NCBI GenBank assembly: GCA_021731165.1
Contig: JAKFXY010000029.1
Coordinates: 9,291-73,290 of the forward strand
Length of the DNA: 64,000 nt
Source: Acidobacteriota bacterium
Lineage (GTDB): Bacteria; Acidobacteriota; Vicinamibacteria; Vicinamibacterales; UBA2999
Direction: 5' to 3'
Positions 1 through 9,070 of this stretch are shown here, piece by piece. The notes below the pieces were generated by a model. The model did not search any database, had not been told where the DNA came from, and was given only the letters and a program-made list of their open reading frames with translations. The first letter of the stretch is position 1. Each line of letters begins with the position of its first letter. Both the position numbers and the translations under genes were made by a program.

Positions 1-1163
1 GAGCACCGCGCCAAGGGTCATGACCCCGCCGAGGAGCATGGCCGCGCGGGCAACGGCCTTGCGCGTCAAGGTCTGTTGCTGCAAGAAGGCGAGCGCGTAC
101 CCGGCCAGGACCGTCGCGCCGAAGGCGAACAGGAACAAGTGGCGCGAGAGGTTCCGCAGCCGGTTGTAGAACGGAAGCTGGTACATGACGTCGGGCAGCG
201 GTGTCATCGTGCCGAGCGCCGTGAGGAACGCCAGCACCGAGGCCGCTCCCCAGAAAGCGACGCGCCAGTTCGCGCGAACGCGCGCCAGCGCGACGACGGC
301 GAGCAGGAGCGTCGTGACCCCGACGTAGGTGGGCAGCTCGCGCGAGTCGCCATGGATCACCGTGGGAAACACGATCGACAGCACCTGCGGTCCGTCGAGC
401 ACGCGTCCCACGAAGCGCTCGAAGCCGATCTCCTGACGGGCGATGAGCCCCATGGCCTCGGCGAAGGGGAGCTCCTTCACGGCCGCGAGCGCGAGCCCCA
501 GCGCGAAGAGCGCGAGAGTATTCGCGTACGGCCGCCAGCCGCTCCGCTCCATCAACAGGCCCGAGAGGGCGTACGCGCCCGAGCAGGCCAATGCGTACAA
601 GGCCGGCTGGGGATGGCCGGCCAGGACGCAGCTCGCCACCGCCACGGATCCAATGCCGATCCAGACGCGGGCCTCGGGCTGGCGGACCCGGTCCAGCGCG
701 AGCAGGATCAGAGGGAGCCACGCGATGGCGTGCACGGATCCGAAATGCGCCAGCCGCTCGAGCATGGCTTCCGACAGGCTGTACGCCACCGCGGAGAACG
801 TTGCCGCTGTTCGCGATTGAGTCAGGCTGAGCACGTAGGCGTAGGTGAAGCCGGCCGCGAGCAGGTACGCGGACATCGCGAGGGCCGTCCACGAGCCGAG
901 CGCTTCGCCAAGGAGCAGGTTCGGCGGGTAGAAGAAGAAGTCGCTGGGGTCGGCGAACGCGGGCAGGCCGCTGAACTCGAAGCTCGACCAGACCCGGATC
1001 GGCGAGAGAAAGACGGGCAGGTAGTACTCGTACAAGTCCGAGTCGGCGAGATAGAGCCCGTGCAGAAAGAAACGTGAGAAGAGCCAGAAAAACAGCGCGG
1101 CGAATGCGAGGAGGATCAGGAGATGTGAGCGGAGGGCGGCGCGAGGCCGCCGGGAGGACGCCA
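1..1163 (-). CDS. YfhO-family polytopic membrane protein (putative GT-C glycosyltransferase), N-terminal ~387 codons; the rest lies beyond the window start
   Basis: Absent from the ORF track because it runs off the window. Manual reverse translation from ATG (cat 1161-1163) gives MASSRRPRAALRSHLLILLAFAALFFWLFSRFFLHGLYLADSDLYEYYLPVFLSPIRVWSSFEFSGLPAFADP... It stays open to position 1 and is colinear with ORF 13972..16866, roughly half the residues identical by eye. Confidence 0.7.
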
Positions 1164-1203
1164 TCAGGCCGAGCTGCATAGTACATCAGCGGTATCCTGT
1201 GGA

Positions 1204-2277
1204 ATGCCCTTCCGATCGATTGTCGGTCATACGCGCCTCGTGACGCTTTTGGCACGTGCGTGCGCGAGGGAAACGTTGCCGCCGTCTCTCCTGCTGGCTG
1301 GCCCGGTGGGCGTTGGCAAGCGGCGCACGGCCCTCGCGATCGCGGAGGCGCTGAACTGCCTGAACCCGTCTTCGCACGGCTTCGGCGAGGCAGGGCCGCG
1401 CGGGTCAGCAGTGCCGGCCTCGGCTCGCGGAGCCGCGGCTCCGCTCGAGCGGGACGCCTGCGGCGAGTGCGCGGCCTGCCGGCGCATCGCGCGCGGCGTC
1501 CACCCCGACGTTGTCCTGGTCGAGCCCGGAGACAATGGCTCGATCAAGATCGAGGCCGTGCGCGATCTGATCGAGCGGGCGGCGTACCGGCCGTTTGAAG
1601 GTCGGCGACGGGTCGTCATTCTCGACGAGGCCGACGCGATGACCGTTGACGCGCAGAGTGCGCTGCTGAAGACGCTGGAAGAGCCGCCGTCGGCCTCTGT
1701 GTTCATCATGGTGTCGTCGCTGGCCGACACGCTTCTCTCAACCGTGCGATCGCGTTGTCCTCCGCTCCGGTTCGCCGCGCTGGCGCCCGCGGAGGTGGCG
1801 GAAGCGCTTGCGCGCGATCACGGCTATGCGGAGGCGGAGGCCCGGGCCGCGGCTGCCGACGCGGACGGCAGCATCGGCCGCGCCCTGGCCGCGCGGTCCC
1901 TGGAGGTGACCGCGGCGCGCACGATCGCCCAGCGGCTGCTCGAACATGCCGCGCGGGTCACCGACCCCGCAAGGCGGCTCGACGCGGCAAAGGACGTGAC
2001 CCCGAAGAAGGCCACTCCGGCGCAGGAACGGGCGCACTTGACTGTATGCCTGAGGGTTCTCGCGTCGCTGCTCAGGGATCTCGGCATCCTCGCGAGCCGA
2101 GGCGACACGTCGATGCTGGCCAACGTCGATCTGGAGGCGGATCTGAGCCGGCTCGCCACCGCCTTCGACGGCGAGCGGATCACGCGGGCGTTCGCCGCCG
2201 TGGACCGAGCGCTCGGCGCGCTCGAGCGCAACGCCAGTCCAAAAGTTGTTGCCGACTGGCTGGTGCTGCAGCTGTGA
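1204..2277 (+). CDS. holB: DNA polymerase III subunit delta-prime
   Basis: 357-aa ORF with P-loop-like GPVGVGKR, Zn module CGECAACRRI, VVILDEAD box and the SRC motif (VRSRCPPLRF) typical of clamp-loader delta-prime. Confidence 0.85.
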   Translation: MPFRSIVGHTRLVTLLARACARETLPPSLLLAGPVGVGKRRTALAIAEALNCLNPSSHGFGEAGPRGSAVPASARGAAAPLERDACGECAACRRIARGVHPDVVLVEPGDNGSIKIEAVRDLIERAAYRPFEGRRRVVILDEADAMTVDAQSALLKTLEEPPSASVFIMVSSLADTLLSTVRSRCPPLRFAALAPAEVAEALARDHGYAEAEARAAAADADGSIGRALAARSLEVTAARTIAQRLLEHAARVTDPARRLDAAKDVTPKKATPAQERAHLTVCLRVLASLLRDLGILASRGDTSMLANVDLEADLSRLATAFDGERITRAFAAVDRALGALERNASPKVVADWLVLQL

Positions 2278-3164
2278 AACCGCGGATTGCCATCACTGCC
2301 GGAGATCCGGCGGGAATCGGACCCGAGATCGCGCGGAAGGCCGCCGGCGATCCGCGCGTGCTGGAGGTGTGCGACCCGGTGATCTACGGTCCGCCGGCCG
2401 GCGCCCGCTATGAGGCTGGTGTGCTCTCGGCCGAGGCCGGCCGCGCCGCGTACGACGCGGTCTGCGCCGCGTGCCGCGACGCGCTGGCGGGCACGATCGA
2501 CGCCATCGCGACGGCGCCGATCAACAAGCTCGCGTTCGCGCGCGCGGGGCTGCCATGGAAGGGTCACACCGATCTCCTGGCGCACCTTGCCGGGCGCGAG
2601 CGCGTGGCCATGATGTTCTGGTCGGCGCCGCTCAAGGTCGTCCTCGCGACCGTGCACCTTCCGCTGGCCGACGTCTCCCGCGCGCTGACCCGCGACGTTC
2701 TTGACGGCATCATCAACGTGACCGCGCTCGAGCTCCCACGATTTGGTATCACGCAGCCGCGGATCGCGCTGGCCGGCCTGAACCCTCACGCCGGCGAGCA
2801 CGGCGTGCTCGGAACAGAAGAGGAGCTCGTGCTCGGGCCCGCCGTCGCCGCGGCGCGCGGGCGAGGTGTTCGCATTGACGGCCCCTTTCCGGGGGACACG
2901 ATTTTCGGCCGCGCCGTGAGGGGCGAGTTCGATGTCGTGATTGCCTGTTACCACGACCAGGGGCTCATTCCGGTGAAACTGCTGGCGTTCGGCAAGGCGG
3001 TCAACGTGACGCTTGGATTGCCGATCGTCCGTACGTCTGTCGATCACGGAACAGCCTTCGACATCGCGGGTCGCAACCTCGCCGATCCTTCCAGCATGGT
3101 CGAAGCCGTGCTTCTCGCGGCTGCCCTCGCCACGCCGACGGCGAGCGAAGGCCCGCGCGGCTGA
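2274..3164 (+). CDS. pdxA: 4-hydroxythreonine-4-phosphate dehydrogenase
   Basis: In-frame GTG at 2274 overlaps the holB stop (GTGA). The upstream part of ORF 1755..3164 is Arg/Gly-rich shadow. Motifs AITAGDPAGIGPEI, GLNPHAGEHG, ACYHDQGLIPVK and TSVDHGTAFDIAG are present. Confidence 0.85.
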   Translation: MKPRIAITAGDPAGIGPEIARKAAGDPRVLEVCDPVIYGPPAGARYEAGVLSAEAGRAAYDAVCAACRDALAGTIDAIATAPINKLAFARAGLPWKGHTDLLAHLAGRERVAMMFWSAPLKVVLATVHLPLADVSRALTRDVLDGIINVTALELPRFGITQPRIALAGLNPHAGEHGVLGTEEELVLGPAVAAARGRGVRIDGPFPGDTIFGRAVRGEFDVVIACYHDQGLIPVKLLAFGKAVNVTLGLPIVRTSVDHGTAFDIAGRNLADPSSMVEAVLLAAALATPTASEGPRG

Positions 3165-5150
3165 TCAGCCGGCTTCGAAACAGGGCTGGCCCGTCTCGCG
3201 ATCGCGGCTGGCTGTTCGGTCTCGCTCCACCCAGACATCGAGCCACGTTCCGCGCCTGACTTCGAGTTTGCCCGTACGCCTGTAGTGAGCGCGCAGATAC
3301 GCGGCCAGTAGCGGGTAGTCGCTGGCGAACTCGACGTCAAAGCGCTCCCGCGGCTGCATCAGCGCAATCGGTACTGATTGGTGTGACCACCGCTCGATCG
3401 CCGCCTGCTGTGCCTCGACACTGCTGTAGAAGCGTGAGAAGAATGATTCTCGTCCCGCCGCGAAGAGGCGTTCGCTGAAGTAGGCAATCTCCGGGAGGTT
3501 GTCGCCCACCAGCAACCGATCGGTTGGGGCGCTGCAGCGGCGGATGTAGCCCACGGTGCGCCCGAGCTCGGCCTCGATGCCGGACGTGGTGTCGGGCAGG
3601 GCGCCGAGCCCATTCCAGACTTCGCGCCACTGCTCCCGCATTCCGTCCACGCCGTCGGTGACGCCTGTTCCGGTGATCTGCTGCGGCACGGTTCCGATAG
3701 CGCCCGCGCTCAGCGCGGTCAGCCCGACGGCTCCCGCGAGCAGCAGGTTCAGCATCGCGCGGAGCGGCCAGGGTCGCGAGCGCATCGATCGCGGTACGGC
3801 CGCCAGGAGCCATGAGCCCAGGATCACGAGGGGAGCGGAGGCGTCCGGCAACCGTTGCGGCGCTGGATTCCTGAGGAAGGCGACGACGAGCAGGAGGCCG
3901 AGAACGGAAACGGCCGCAATCACCGGGAACGGCACGTCGGGTTGGTCGAATGCGCGCCTCAGCGGCGGGACGACGAGTGAGGCAAGCGAGGCGACGACCA
4001 CGGCCCACGCCATCATGTACAGCCATGGGGCGGCATTCGCCTCGCGAAGCACGCCTGGCGCGACACGCCAGCGGAAGAGCCCGGTGCGTTCGAGCCAACC
4101 TGGTGCCGGCGCCGGGTCGGCGGTGATGGTAAATGCCTGGCGATCGATCCCGTCGGTGTCGGCGACTTGCGGGTCCGTCACGATGGCGGACAAGCGGCGA
4201 GGCGACGGATCTTCGATCGAATAGCCCCAGGTCTGAGCGCCCTCTCGCGCGGCCGGCTCACTGAGCCCCATCCCCTCCTCGGCTCGCTGGCGCGCCTCTG
4301 GCGTCACCGACTCGGCCCAGCGCACTCCGATCCGCGGTCGGGGTGGTGGAGGGGGATCGGCTCGCACGAGCCACGGCTGGGACCAGTCGATGTCGAAGCG
4401 CGCGGGCGGCGCCACGGTCCGCGCCGCCTCCTGGCGGGTGACTTCAAGACAGTTCCGCAGATACGCGATGAAGCCTCCGTGTTGCTCGGCGAAGACGACT
4501 CCGGGAAGGAGGCCGAGGAGCACGAATGCCGAGAACGTCATCAGCGGCTGCCGGACGCGCGGACGGTGCAGGAGCACGATGAGCACGCCTGACGAGATGC
4601 CCAGGAAGACGCCGTGGTCGTGCCGGAACAATGCCGCCACCACCACCGTCGTCGCCAGCAAGAGAAGCCGCCAGGTTGTCGGCCGCCTTGCATAGACCAC
4701 CATCGCCACCATCGCGAACGCGTAGGGGACGATTTTCGGATAGTTATAGAGTGCGGGGCCGAGGCCAATCGCGATGAGCGTCGCGAGCACCGCGGGCAGA
4801 ACGCGCTGCGCGAGCGTCGCCGCCACCCAGCAGAGCGCTATTGCTCCAAGAGCCAGGAGACCGATCGTGAGAAGGGCTTCACTGCGCAGCGTCGGACCCA
4901 GCGCTCGCTGAGCCAGCGCCGATGTCGTGTACAAGAGGGGCGGCCAGAGCGCTCCGAGCCCCGCGTCGGTGAAATCCCGGAGTGGGAGTTCGCCGTTCAG
5001 CACGGCTTCCGCGCGCGTCAGGTGCAGGAAGTGGTCGTTGTCGAAGCCGGCCAGCGACCCACCGAGGGTATTGAACCGGTAGAGGAATGCAGCCAGGCCG
5101 ACCGCGACGGCGACCAGAGCGATAACGAATGGATGTCGCGCGCGTCTCAC
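3165..5150 (-). CDS. Orphan polytopic membrane protein with a C-terminal soluble domain (family M1, paralogue of 25926..27593)
   Basis: 661-aa ORF with a GTG start and many hydrophobic helices. The N-terminal FDNDHFLHL...LPLRDFTD loop and the C-terminal domain (APTDRLL...AAGRESFF...QSVPIAL...AAYLRAHYR) are colinear with ORF 25926..27593. No family recognised. Confidence 0.7.
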   Translation of the reverse strand: MRRARHPFVIALVAVAVGLAAFLYRFNTLGGSLAGFDNDHFLHLTRAEAVLNGELPLRDFTDAGLGALWPPLLYTTSALAQRALGPTLRSEALLTIGLLALGAIALCWVAATLAQRVLPAVLATLIAIGLGPALYNYPKIVPYAFAMVAMVVYARRPTTWRLLLLATTVVVAALFRHDHGVFLGISSGVLIVLLHRPRVRQPLMTFSAFVLLGLLPGVVFAEQHGGFIAYLRNCLEVTRQEAARTVAPPARFDIDWSQPWLVRADPPPPPRPRIGVRWAESVTPEARQRAEEGMGLSEPAAREGAQTWGYSIEDPSPRRLSAIVTDPQVADTDGIDRQAFTITADPAPAPGWLERTGLFRWRVAPGVLREANAAPWLYMMAWAVVVASLASLVVPPLRRAFDQPDVPFPVIAAVSVLGLLLVVAFLRNPAPQRLPDASAPLVILGSWLLAAVPRSMRSRPWPLRAMLNLLLAGAVGLTALSAGAIGTVPQQITGTGVTDGVDGMREQWREVWNGLGALPDTTSGIEAELGRTVGYIRRCSAPTDRLLVGDNLPEIAYFSERLFAAGRESFFSRFYSSVEAQQAAIERWSHQSVPIALMQPRERFDVEFASDYPLLAAYLRAHYRRTGKLEVRRGTWLDVWVERDRTASRDRETGQPCFEAG

Positions 5151-5175
5151 GGCGAGACGTAGATTACTCCGATGG

Positions 5176-5204
5176 TTGACCGGTGTTCATAAAGGCCATA
5201 GGAT
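5176..5204 (+). promoter_or_regulatory. Candidate sigma70-type promoter (TTGACC-17 nt-TAGGAT) for the 5217..13394 operon
   Basis: TTGACC at 5176-5181, a 17-nt spacer, then TAGGAT at 5199-5204, ending 12 nt upstream of the GTG at 5217. It lies in the 66-bp divergent gap 5151..5216. Sequence pattern only. Confidence 0.3.
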
Positions 5205-5216
5205 CTTAGGCTTAGC

Positions 5217-6425
5217 GTGAAGATCGATATTGACAGCACCCTGGCTGCCGAAGGCGGAACCGCGACGCGCGCCACGTTTCTTCCCTTTCATCAACCGACG
5301 ATCGATGCAGATGACGAGCGGGCTGTTCTCGAGACGCTCCGCTCGGGCTGGTTGACAACTGGGCCCAGGACGAAGGCATTCGAGCGTGAGCTGGCCGCGT
5401 ACACCGGGGCGGCCCACTGCGTGGCGCTCAACTCCTGCACAGCCGCACTTCACCTGGCGCTCGAGGCGGTCGGCGTCGGTCCGGGCGACGAGGTCATCAC
5501 CTCGCCGATCACGTTTGCGTCCACGGCCAACGTGATCGTCCACCGCAACGCGCGGCCGGTGTTCGTCGATGTCGATCCGGAGACGCTCAACATCGATCCC
5601 CAAGCGCTGGCGCACGCGGTGACGCCCAGGACCAAGGCGATCATCCCCGTGGACTTCGCTGGCCAGCCCTGTGATCTGGACGAAGTGATGGCCATCGGCC
5701 GCCAGCATGGGTTGACGGTCATCGAAGACGCAGCGCACGCGATCGGCGCTGAATACAAAGGGCGCCGTGTCGGCAGCGTGGCCGACATGACCTGCTTCTC
5801 CTTTTACGCGACCAAGAACATCACGAGCGGTGAGGGCGGCGCCCTGACGACCGATCGCGCCGACTGGGCGGAGCGCATCCAGGTGATGGGGCTCCACGGC
5901 ATCAGCCGCGATGCCTGGAAGCGCTACAGCGCCGAGGGCTACAAGCACTGGGACATCGTCGCGGCCGGCTACAAGTACAACATGTTCGATCTCCAGGGCG
6001 CGCTCGTGCTGTCGCAGTTGGGGAAACTGGACACGTTCCACGCGCGGCGTGTGGCGCTCAAGGCGCGGCTCGATGCGGGACTGCGCGATCTTCCGGAGCT
6101 CGCCTTCCCGGCGGAGCGGCCCGGCCGCAAGCACGTGTACCACCTGTATCCCGTGATCGTGCGCACCGAGGCGCTGACGGCCGACCGCGACACCATCATG
6201 GCGGCTATCCAGGCGGAGAACATCGGCATCGGCATTCACTTTCGCGCCGTCCACCTGCACCCGTTCTACACGGAGACGTTCGGCTTCACGCGCGGCATGT
6301 TTCCGCATGCGGAGTACTACTCGGATCGCACCATTTCCTTGCCGCTCTATCCGCGCATGACCGACGCCGAGGCGGATGACGTCGTGGCGGCGGTGCGGAA
6401 AGTGATTGCCAGGTATCGCCGCTAG
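5217..6425 (+). CDS. DegT/DnrJ/EryC1/StrS-family PLP-dependent sugar aminotransferase
   Basis: 402 aa. FLPFHQPTIDADDERAVLETLRSGWLTTGPRTKAFE, NSCTAALHLAL, ITFASTAN and FSFYATKNITSGEGGAL (catalytic Lys context) are typical of ArnB/PglE/DesI-like enzymes. Confidence 0.85.
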   Translation: MKIDIDSTLAAEGGTATRATFLPFHQPTIDADDERAVLETLRSGWLTTGPRTKAFERELAAYTGAAHCVALNSCTAALHLALEAVGVGPGDEVITSPITFASTANVIVHRNARPVFVDVDPETLNIDPQALAHAVTPRTKAIIPVDFAGQPCDLDEVMAIGRQHGLTVIEDAAHAIGAEYKGRRVGSVADMTCFSFYATKNITSGEGGALTTDRADWAERIQVMGLHGISRDAWKRYSAEGYKHWDIVAAGYKYNMFDLQGALVLSQLGKLDTFHARRVALKARLDAGLRDLPELAFPAERPGRKHVYHLYPVIVRTEALTADRDTIMAAIQAENIGIGIHFRAVHLHPFYTETFGFTRGMFPHAEYYSDRTISLPLYPRMTDAEADDVVAAVRKVIARYRR

Positions 6426-7559
6426 ATGACCATCGCCGCCGAGAACGCGCCGACGACGTACGGGCTTCGCCGCGGAGCGGAGGAATTCCCGCTCATGCTG
6501 GTCATCTCGATCATCTACCCGTGCAACTTCGGCTGCCCGAACTGCCCGTACACGGATGCCAACTCCGAGATCCGGCAGTTCTATCACTCGCACGACGGCG
6601 ATCTCTTCAAGGTGGACCTCTGGAACCGCTTGGCCGTCGAGTGCGGTGAGTACGGTGCCTGGATGCGCTGCACCGGTGGCGGCGAGCCGATGCTGCACCC
6701 GCACATGGTGGACATGATCGAGTTCGCCAAGGCGAAGGGCGCCCGCGTGTGGATGAACACCAACGGCAGCATGTTCGGCCCGACGCCGGTGCTCCGCCGC
6801 AAGCTCGAGCGGGTGATTGCGGCCGGGATCGATCTGATCGAGTTTTCCATGGACGCCGGCGACGCCGAGACCTACGCCGCCGTGCGGCCTCCGCACCGCG
6901 GCGGGCCGCCGCGTGATCCTCAGAAGTGGTGGGACAACGCCGTCAGCAACGTGCGGGCCGCGCTGGAGCTTCGGCGCACCCTGAAGGCCACCACGCGCAT
7001 TGTCGTATCGCTCATCCGGCAGCAGCAGATCGAGGGCAAGATCGATGCGGCCATCGACTTTTGGATGAAGGACGTCGGGGTCGATGAGGTCATCACCCGC
7101 AAGTTCCTGACGTGGGACGACAACACGCACATCCAGATGGGCAAGGCCCTCGATCCGCACCTCTACAAGGGACTGCCCGTGCAGAAGGCCGAGCCGTGTG
7201 TCTGGCCATTCGAGCGGCTGAACGTGGACACGCTCGGACGTATCGCGCTCTGCGGCCAGGACATCTCGTTTCGTACGGCGGAGTTGTTTCCCAATGCGAA
7301 CGACGTCTCCATCAAGGAGATCTGGCAGGGCGAGCGGTTCAACTGGTACCGGAAGCTGCACCTCGAAGGACGCGGCGCCGAAGCGTTTCCCTGCCGTGGC
7401 TGTTCAGCCTGGTTTGCCGGCATCAGGGACTGGGAGCATGGATGGCTGAAGGTCCTCAAGACTTCAGGCGATCACCTGCGCGAGGTCATGCAGAAGGACC
7501 TCGGCGCCGAGGTGAAGATCTACCAGCCGGAGTTGCAACTGCCGAAGACCGAGCCCTGA
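6426..7559 (+). CDS. Radical SAM enzyme with a C-terminal Cys-rich (SPASM/twitch-like) domain
   Basis: 377 aa. CNFGCPNC (CxxxCxxC) lies near the N-terminus, followed by a GGGEP motif, then a C-terminal cysteine cluster (CVWPF...LCGQD...CRGCSAW). The ATG directly follows the aminotransferase TAG stop. Confidence 0.8.
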   Translation: MTIAAENAPTTYGLRRGAEEFPLMLVISIIYPCNFGCPNCPYTDANSEIRQFYHSHDGDLFKVDLWNRLAVECGEYGAWMRCTGGGEPMLHPHMVDMIEFAKAKGARVWMNTNGSMFGPTPVLRRKLERVIAAGIDLIEFSMDAGDAETYAAVRPPHRGGPPRDPQKWWDNAVSNVRAALELRRTLKATTRIVVSLIRQQQIEGKIDAAIDFWMKDVGVDEVITRKFLTWDDNTHIQMGKALDPHLYKGLPVQKAEPCVWPFERLNVDTLGRIALCGQDISFRTAELFPNANDVSIKEIWQGERFNWYRKLHLEGRGAEAFPCRGCSAWFAGIRDWEHGWLKVLKTSGDHLREVMQKDLGAEVKIYQPELQLPKTEP

Positions 7560-7581
7560 TCCCGGGGGCTTGCGCCACTGC

Positions 7582-9063
7582 ATGCCTGACGCCTCCTTCT
7601 ATCCAGAGCTGGGCACGCGATTGGAAGCCCTCGTCCGCACGGCATACGGCGTGCTCATGCTCGCCACCTTGCTGCAGGCTCTGCCGGAGGCGCGCCGGTT
7701 CTTCCTCAGCGAACGTTGGGGCGGCTATGCGAAGTCCACGCGCGATGTAGACGCTGTCCAGAACCCAGTCGTCATGCCGCTCTTCGTCGCGGCGTGGTTC
7801 CTCGCTGCCGCGGCACTGGCTACCGGGTGGTGGAGTCCCTGGCCGGCCATCCTCAACCTGGCCTTCTGCCGGTACTTTTTCATCCATATGCGCTGGAAGG
7901 GGATTCTGCGCGGGATGGGTGCGCCCGGCTTCATCGCCTATTGGGTCGGCCTCGTCGTGTGTCTCTTCGAGGTCACGGCACGCTTCGCGCCGGAGGTCAG
8001 GCCGCTGGCGCTGCTCGTGGCACAGGTCGATCTCGCGTGCATCATGCTCACGGCCGGCATCTACAAGTTCGCGGCCGGCTATCCGCAGAACCACGGCATG
8101 GAGCTCGGCCTCTGCAATCCGATGTGGGGCTACTGGTGGCGCTGGTACATCAAACGGCGCCCCGCGAGCCCGGTCTTCTGGACGATGAACCAACTGGCGT
8201 GGGGCACGGAAGTCGTGGCCGCGCTCCTGATGCTCGTGCCGGCGACCCGGGAGATCGGAGGGCTGCTCATCCTCGTCAGCTTTGCCTTCATCGCCACGCA
8301 GATTCGCCTTGGGTTCCTCTGCGAGATGGTGATGGCCGGCAGCCTGATCTTCATCCCGCCTGACGGCTGGATCGCAGGCTGGTTCCCCTGGATCGGCTGG
8401 ATCGGCGGCGCCGCGCCAGCGGTTGCCGGCGAGGCGGGGTCGGCCGGCGCCGTCCTTCGCGTGGCACTGTGGACCTACCTGGCTCTGCTGCCGCTGGCGT
8501 ACGGGGGCCTCTACTACAACTTCTACGCGCGGCGGCGGCTGCCGGCGCTTGTGCAGCGCGTCCTCGAACGCTACACGAACTTCTTTGGCCTCATCCTCTG
8601 GCGCGTGTTCTCGGTGGACCTGGTGAACTTCTTCATCAGGCTCTCGCGCAGGACGGGGGAGCGGCTCACGGCGATTGCGCCGCTCGGAGACCTCCACGCG
8701 TCCGGCTACCGCGGCGCGTGGTCGCGCTTCAACCACGTCGGCGAGATGATCTGCCTGACCTCGCTCTTCACCACGCTCAAGTACTATCCGAGCAACGACG
8801 TGCTCTTCCAGGAGCGGCTCCGGCGCTACGCGCGGACGCTCCCTCACGAGGCTGGAGAGACGCTGGTCTTCGAATACGTGAGCGTCGTCAAGCGCGACAC
8901 GCGGTTTGATTGGGTGCCTGTCGGCGAATACCAGGTGGATCCCGCCAACGGTGCCATCACCACGCGCTGGATTGATCCGGAATTCTCACCCCACGCCGGG
9001 CATCGGGATTCTCCGCTGCACGAAGGCGACGTGCCCGGCAGCTACGTGCCGGCGAGTCGTTAG
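7582..9063 (+). CDS. Orphan polytopic membrane protein with a ~170-aa C-terminal soluble domain
   Basis: ORF 7570..9063. I prefer the ATG at 7582 over the TTG at 7570. Multiple hydrophobic helices, Trp-rich loops (WGYWWRWY) and a soluble tail. Family not recognised. Confidence 0.6.
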   Translation: MPDASFYPELGTRLEALVRTAYGVLMLATLLQALPEARRFFLSERWGGYAKSTRDVDAVQNPVVMPLFVAAWFLAAAALATGWWSPWPAILNLAFCRYFFIHMRWKGILRGMGAPGFIAYWVGLVVCLFEVTARFAPEVRPLALLVAQVDLACIMLTAGIYKFAAGYPQNHGMELGLCNPMWGYWWRWYIKRRPASPVFWTMNQLAWGTEVVAALLMLVPATREIGGLLILVSFAFIATQIRLGFLCEMVMAGSLIFIPPDGWIAGWFPWIGWIGGAAPAVAGEAGSAGAVLRVALWTYLALLPLAYGGLYYNFYARRRLPALVQRVLERYTNFFGLILWRVFSVDLVNFFIRLSRRTGERLTAIAPLGDLHASGYRGAWSRFNHVGEMICLTSLFTTLKYYPSNDVLFQERLRRYARTLPHEAGETLVFEYVSVVKRDTRFDWVPVGEYQVDPANGAITTRWIDPEFSPHAGHRDSPLHEGDVPGSYVPASR

Positions 9064-9070
9064 CAAGCCG

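Noticed and set aside
5187-7361. 724-aa ORF on the minus strand, antisense to the aminotransferase and radical SAM genes
   Set aside because: The translation is Arg/Gly/Ala/Pro/Val-rich low-complexity sequence with no motifs. It fully overlaps two motif-supported genes on the other strand. This is a typical shadow ORF of GC-rich DNA.
7582-9063. Tentative resemblance of the membrane protein to the HTTM (vitamin-K carboxylase-like) domain
   Set aside because: The idea rested only on a vague pattern (an amphipathic first helix and an NHG motif). I cannot support it without a profile search, so it is reported only as an orphan membrane protein.
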